Shown here piece by piece: positions 27,568 through 32,000 of a stretch of DNA of 32,000 bases. The stretch is from contig JAITBP010000006.1 in NCBI GenBank assembly GCA_031283585.1, forward strand, positions 30,001 to 62,000, in the 5' to 3' direction. The stretch comes from Puniceicoccales bacterium. Lineage in GTDB: Bacteria > Verrucomicrobiota > Verrucomicrobiia > Opitutales > LL51. Numbering within the stretch: position 1 is the stretch's first letter; each line of letters starts with the position of its first letter. The notes beneath the pieces are model-generated. The model was not told the DNA's origin and made no database searches. It was given only the letters and a program-made list of their open reading frames with translations. Position numbers and translations under genes: made by a program.

Positions 27568-29082
27568 GTGGATTTTGATTTTTCATTTAAATCCACCTCT
27601 CATAACCCAATTTTTCAACGAAAATCTGGCATTTCGTTTAATCTTACCGATGTGACTGGAAAATTTGGCTATGCAGATGTGGGTGAAACCGCTACGAAAT
27701 GGATGGCTGCACTTAGCGATGCGGGACAAACGATTTGGCATATCCCAAGCCTGCACAAATCAAATGATCCACAAAAATCGACCATTTCCTGCGGGTTGGC
27801 CTTCGATGAAACACTCATCTCTCTGGAAAATTTACATAGCCTTGGCCTTATAACCGAATCAGAATTGACTGCTGCCGAAGATGAAATCGCCAAGGTAAAA
27901 GAGATCGACGCCATAACAACCGTAAGAAAAAAATACCTAGCCCTGGTCGCTAGCCAATTTGACCGCCGTGCCGATAAGAATCTCATCGCCGAACTGATGT
28001 CATTTGAAAAAAGCAACGAAAGTTGGCTGAATGATTACGCGTTGTTTCATGCGCTAAAACAAATATTTAACGGTAAGCCCTGGTGGGAATGGCCAGAAAA
28101 AATCAAAGACTTTGACCGTAAAGCGATTGAAGCCACAAGACACCAATTATCCCTTCAGATACGTAACGCAGGCCTGGTGCAATTTTTACTGCACAGACAG
28201 CTAGACGCTATCAAAACCGAGGCCAAAAGGCTTGGCCTAACGCTACTGACGGACTTCAAAATCTACATCGAACATGACAGCCCGGATCTATGGACAAACC
28301 AAAACCTGTTCTTCCTAGACCCCGAAGGCCAGTGTACCACCGTCGCCGGATACCCTAGCTCAATGCTACATCCCAATGGGTTGAAGCTCAATGCACCGAC
28401 CTATAGGTGGAATCGACACCGGGAAACCGATTACAGCTGGTTCATCAAAAGAATCGAAAAAGAATTACAATTTTTTGACTACATTATCATAGAAAATTTC
28501 CATGAACTCATTGAAAATTGGGAAATTCCCATCGCTGAAACGAATCCAAACCATGGCCGGTGGGTTCCCAGCGCAGGCCACTCATTATTCGAAAAAATAA
28601 AAAACAGTTTTAAAAAACAGAATCCAATCATCGCTGCAGAAACCAATTCGGATTTTAGGTCAAAACGGATAATAAACCAATTCCGATTGCCCTACCTAGA
28701 TGTTTTGCAATACTCATTCGATGAAGGAATTGCCCATGAACTACCACGGGATTACAATGAAGTCTGCATCGCAACAACCAGCACGTCCAGAGAAAATCCG
28801 CTTATTAGATGGCTCAAAGAATACTCAACCTCACAAAAATTATCTCTATCCATGAAAAAAGACTTCCAGGAATGCTTCGGCACAAACATAAATGAATCCA
28901 CCTGGAGAACAATCAACATCCTGCTGAACTCCAAAGCCGATGCTGTAATAATTCCGCTCCACGACCTGATGCAAATCGGAACCAATGATACGAAGACCTG
29001 TATCAACCTGACCCCCTCCGGGTTTTCTAGTAAGTTTAACCGCAAACTACTCAAAGCCACCCAAACAACTAACAGATGCTAG
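27568..29082 (+). CDS. malQ: GH77 4-alpha-glucanotransferase (amylomaltase) homolog with substituted catalytic motifs
   Basis: 504 aa. GH77 landmarks are present: 'WLNDYALFHALKQIFNGKPWWEWPE', 'DSPDLW', 'TYRW', 'NWEIP' and 'VLQYSFD'. The catalytic blocks read 'IIENFHE', 'IIAAETNS' and 'ATTSTSREN' in place of RIDHFRG, (L/I)AEDLG and TGTHDN. Confidence 0.85.
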   Translation: MDFDFSFKSTSHNPIFQRKSGISFNLTDVTGKFGYADVGETATKWMAALSDAGQTIWHIPSLHKSNDPQKSTISCGLAFDETLISLENLHSLGLITESELTAAEDEIAKVKEIDAITTVRKKYLALVASQFDRRADKNLIAELMSFEKSNESWLNDYALFHALKQIFNGKPWWEWPEKIKDFDRKAIEATRHQLSLQIRNAGLVQFLLHRQLDAIKTEAKRLGLTLLTDFKIYIEHDSPDLWTNQNLFFLDPEGQCTTVAGYPSSMLHPNGLKLNAPTYRWNRHRETDYSWFIKRIEKELQFFDYIIIENFHELIENWEIPIAETNPNHGRWVPSAGHSLFEKIKNSFKKQNPIIAAETNSDFRSKRIINQFRLPYLDVLQYSFDEGIAHELPRDYNEVCIATTSTSRENPLIRWLKEYSTSQKLSLSMKKDFQECFGTNINESTWRTINILLNSKADAVIIPLHDLMQIGTNDTKTCINLTPSGFSSKFNRKLLKATQTTNRC

Positions 29083-29086
29083 GCAA

Positions 29087-30400
29087 TTAGTCATGCTTCT
29101 GGGCTGTGCTATTCCAATTCAATGCGAAAAAAAATGTCCCAAACATGGCGCATATGGCAAAAAACACCATGGTAGCATTCCAGCTCCAGGTATCAGCTAT
29201 TTTAGCCACACCTATGCCCGCCACGGCATGGCCCATGGCTCCAAATGTCCCGGTCAGTCCATTGGCCGCCGCAGCGGCTCTTTTCGAGCCAAACTCCGCT
29301 CCAGATAACCCTGCAAGTGTTTGAGGGCCATATATTAAAAAACCAATTATAAAAAGAAATGCCATGTTTACAAACTGAGGCACCACCGGCAGTTTCCAAA
29401 AGATAAGCAGAACAGCTATCAAAGCCACCATAAAGTAGAAACAGGTGCAATTTCGCCGCCCTTTAAATATTTTATCAGACATCCAGCCGGCTAAAACTCC
29501 ACTGATCGCACCGGCAGTCTCCAGCCCGGCAGATTGCCATCCGGCCATAGACACCGAGGCTCCCTTCGCCTCCTGCAAAAACGTCGGTGCCCAATTGAAA
29601 AATCCCATTCTTATTATATATACAAAAAAATTCGCAAAACATACATACCAAAGGGTACGATTTGGCAAAATGTGCTCCAAAAATATCTCTCTCAGCGTAA
29701 CACTTTCGTTATCCCTATGAGTGGTTTGTCTCTGCAACCCTTCTTTTTTCTCCACCGATGGCAGCCCCATCGACTCTGGCGTATCGCATAGCTTCCAAAA
29801 TAGCAATCCTGCCACCATCAGAGACATCAATCCAGAAATAATAAAAACAGATCGCCAACCAAATTTGGCCAGCAACCAAGAACCTCCCACTAGGATTAAA
29901 ATGCTACCAATTTTATGGGATAAACTAACGATCCCCCACTTGGTACCAAGTTCATTCGGCGAGTACCAATGGGTCATCAATTTCGGTACCGGTGGCCAAC
30001 CCGTGGATTGAAAAATCGAACCCACCAGATATAACATTATTATAGATGAAATAGAACTGGAAAAACCAGAAAACAACGAACAACAGGCAGTACCTGCTAA
30101 TCCTATGGCCATAAAATACCTAACCCTTATTTTATCACAGAGCACGCCGCTGACGAATTTTCCAATTCCATAGATGAGCGACGACCAGGTAAATGCCCAA
30201 CCGATTTCAGACTTTTTACAACCAAATTCACTCTGGATAGCCGGAAATACTACCTGTAGGTTCTGCCGAACGATATAAAACGATGCATAGCCGGTAATCA
30301 ATAAAAATAATATCATCTTCCGCCAATAGGCATATTGACGATCTATAACTTTCTCATGCTTAATGTCTTTTGAAACATCAACTAGGTAATCTGTTGTCAT
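29087..30400 (-). CDS. MFS organophosphate:Pi antiporter (OPA family; UhpC/UhpT/GlpT-like)
   Basis: 437 aa and 12 TM. 'YWRKMILFLLITGYASFYIVRQNL', 'GKFVSGVLCDK' and 'GWPPVPKLMTHWYSPNELGTKWG' match the OPA-family pattern. I cannot distinguish the hexose-phosphate and glycerol-3-phosphate subtypes by eye. Confidence 0.9.
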   Translation of the reverse strand: MTTDYLVDVSKDIKHEKVIDRQYAYWRKMILFLLITGYASFYIVRQNLQVVFPAIQSEFGCKKSEIGWAFTWSSLIYGIGKFVSGVLCDKIRVRYFMAIGLAGTACCSLFSGFSSSISSIIMLYLVGSIFQSTGWPPVPKLMTHWYSPNELGTKWGIVSLSHKIGSILILVGGSWLLAKFGWRSVFIISGLMSLMVAGLLFWKLCDTPESMGLPSVEKKEGLQRQTTHRDNESVTLREIFLEHILPNRTLWYVCFANFFVYIIRMGFFNWAPTFLQEAKGASVSMAGWQSAGLETAGAISGVLAGWMSDKIFKGRRNCTCFYFMVALIAVLLIFWKLPVVPQFVNMAFLFIIGFLIYGPQTLAGLSGAEFGSKRAAAAANGLTGTFGAMGHAVAGIGVAKIADTWSWNATMVFFAICAMFGTFFFALNWNSTAQKHD

Positions 30401-30673
30401 AATATTAAATCTTTTCCAATGTCATCCATAGCTCGCTGTCATTATAAATGTGAAAAGGGGAATTAATTGGCAAACATTTTCTGTATGTCTCGGCGAATTT
30501 GCATTATACCTATCGATAAGATAGTTTTATATTTTTTACTTTTTCATTGACTACCTGATAAAAATTTAAATTAGGCACACCGGTACAAAATTGTCTTGAC
30601 GTCGACCCGGGTCATTTTAGTTTTTGTGGTCAGATTATATGCTGAAAATTCAGCTGCGATCTTTGTCAGATTT

Positions 30674-31930
30674 ATGAGAACCAGTGGAGAAATTTTGGCT
30701 GTACTCGAGTACATGGAAAAAGAAAAAGGTATTTGTCGTAGTGATATGATAAATACCATAGCAGAGGCTATCCGCACCGCTGCGATGAAGAGCATAAATA
30801 ATGCCCAGGATATACGAGTTGAAATAAATCCTAAAACAGGTCATATACAGGCTTGGACTGTTTTGGAAGTTGTTGATTCTGTTAGCGATATGCATTCTGA
30901 AATTCACATATCCAAAGCTCGCGAAATAAACCCAGCTCTCCAGGTAGGTGACATTTTTGAAAAGGAAATAGACCTGGCCTATCTTGGTAGAATAACGGCT
31001 CAGAATGCTAAGCAGGCCATAATGAGCGACGTAAAACACTTCGAGAAAGAAAAAATTTACGAAAAATATAAAAATCAAGTTAAAGATATCGTGACCTGTG
31101 TTGTACGTCGACAGGATTCGGGCAATATCTATGTGGATCTGGATTCGACGGAGGCCATAATGCCCTATAGAGAACGCATTCCCGGCGAAGAATATATTCC
31201 CGGAGACAGAATAAGATGTTTGTTGTTAAAAATAGAGCAAACATCCCACGGGCCGGAATTGGTGGTAAGCAGAGCCAGTGTTTGTTTTGTGAAAAAACTG
31301 CTAGAGATCGAAGTAACCGAAATAGCCGACGGCACCGTAGAAATCGTCAGTATGGCTCGCGAAGCCGGTTATAGGACGAAGGTCGCTGTGACAAGCAAGG
31401 ATCCAAAGGTAGATGCTGTGGGTGCCTGTGTCGGCACCCGAGGCGCTAGGATTAGAAGCATCGTAAAAGAACTTGGTGGCGAAAAAATCGACATAATAAG
31501 GTATACGGACAATCCGGAAGATTTTTTGAAAGAAGCTATACACCCAGCCATTCCAAGGAATGTTTTCGTGGATAGGAGCAATCGGCAGATTTACTTCGAG
31601 GTTTCAAATGACGATCTGGCCGTTGCCATTGGCAAACGGGGTCTAAACGCTAGACTCACATCAAAACTGATGAATTGGAAACTGGATATAAGGAAATTGG
31701 CCGAAGGCCAGCAACCGTCGATCTATGAAAAAATAAGCCAAGCCGCCGAAGGTCTTAACGGAGTACCTGGCATAGATGACGAAATGGCAAAAAGACTCGT
31801 GGCAGCTGGGTTTGTGAGCGTAGATGTTTTTGACGACGTCGGTGTTGGTGATTTATTAAATTCCGGATTTTCTGAAGAGGAGGCTCGTTTCGTTCTTGAA
31901 AAAATCAAACAGTTTGAACTATCACACTAA
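30674..31930 (+). CDS. nusA: transcription termination/antitermination factor NusA
   Basis: N-terminus 'MRTSGEILAVLEYMEKEKGI', S1 domain ('GDIFEKEID...VTCVVRR'), KH motifs 'GACVGTRGARI' and 'AIGKRGLNARL', and a C-terminal acidic HhH-like region. ATG 30674 is preferred over the TTG 30596 ORF start. Confidence 0.93.
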   Translation: MRTSGEILAVLEYMEKEKGICRSDMINTIAEAIRTAAMKSINNAQDIRVEINPKTGHIQAWTVLEVVDSVSDMHSEIHISKAREINPALQVGDIFEKEIDLAYLGRITAQNAKQAIMSDVKHFEKEKIYEKYKNQVKDIVTCVVRRQDSGNIYVDLDSTEAIMPYRERIPGEEYIPGDRIRCLLLKIEQTSHGPELVVSRASVCFVKKLLEIEVTEIADGTVEIVSMAREAGYRTKVAVTSKDPKVDAVGACVGTRGARIRSIVKELGGEKIDIIRYTDNPEDFLKEAIHPAIPRNVFVDRSNRQIYFEVSNDDLAVAIGKRGLNARLTSKLMNWKLDIRKLAEGQQPSIYEKISQAAEGLNGVPGIDDEMAKRLVAAGFVSVDVFDDVGVGDLLNSGFSEEEARFVLEKIKQFELSH

Positions 31931-32000
31931 TCAAATGAGTGGACAGGTGGTTCTAGGTGGTTAATTGTACTGTTTGGAAATGTAATCAATGAGCATTAGA

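Noticed and set aside
30596-30673. TTG-initiated 26-codon N-terminal extension of the nusA ORF
   Set aside because: The extension ('TSTRVILVFVVRLYAENSAAIFVRF') does not resemble NusA N-termini. ATG 30674 gives the canonical 'M..S.EILAVLEYMEKEKGI' start.
31945-31962. Tandem AGGTGGTT-ct-AGGTGGTT (Shine-Dalgarno-like) after nusA
   Set aside because: It is too far (27-37 nt) from the ATG at 31989 to act as its SD. The nearest downstream TTG (31965) opens a frame that stops after 6 codons, so this is probably chance.
1-32000. Search for mobile elements, CRISPR arrays, rRNA, prophage genes and defence or toxin-antitoxin modules
   Set aside because: No ORF shows transposase, integrase, recombinase, Cas, restriction-modification or toxin motifs. 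I saw no regularly spaced direct repeats and no long terminal inverted repeats. Every large ORF is accounted for by housekeeping, envelope or ORFan genes.
31989-32000. ATG AGC ATT AGA at the right edge, possibly the start of infB (conserved nusA-infB order)
   Set aside because: Only 4 codons are visible. Synteny alone cannot support a feature call.

Overview
This is a compact, almost fully coding bacterial chromosomal segment, roughly 40% GC by eye. It is dominated by core housekeeping genes: groES, dnaK, dnaE, a HIT hydrolase, clpP, tig, dxr, rpsR, tsaC/sua5 and nusA. It also holds one tRNA-Pro(UGG), a WaaE-like GT2 glycosyltransferase, a eukaryote-type ornithine/lysine decarboxylase, a MarC-family membrane protein and a DUF151 nuclease-domain protein. 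The remaining recognisable genes are an OMF-MFP-RND efflux operon, an orphan ParA-like ATPase, a beta-barrel outer-membrane protein, a GH77 (MalQ-like) protein and an OPA-family sugar-phosphate antiporter. Several starts are non-ATG (GTG for dnaE, tig, tsaC, the OMF gene and the malQ-like gene). Convergent genes end 2-30 bp apart, and only one clean intrinsic terminator is visible. I see no transposase, integrase, phage gene, CRISPR array, rRNA, or recognisable defence or toxin-antitoxin gene, so I cannot support a clear multi-gene novel system. The most unusual content is: (1) a low-GC pocket at 8.7-10.6 kb encoding two divergent paralogous signal-peptide proteins of no family I recognise, placed divergently from an orphan two-gene pseudopilin operon; (2) a GH77 amylomaltase homolog whose catalytic motifs are substituted, lying tail-to-tail with a hexose-phosphate-type antiporter; (3) a ParA/Soj homolog whose deviant Walker A signature lysine is replaced (QEYGVGKT) and which has no adjacent parB; (4) a low-GC 154-aa ORFan coupled to the decarboxylase gene. 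The prepilin-type N-termini, OPA transporter and compact layout are compatible with a host-associated, possibly PVC-superphylum-like bacterium, but that is only a guess. All homology statements come from motif recognition by eye, not from searches.
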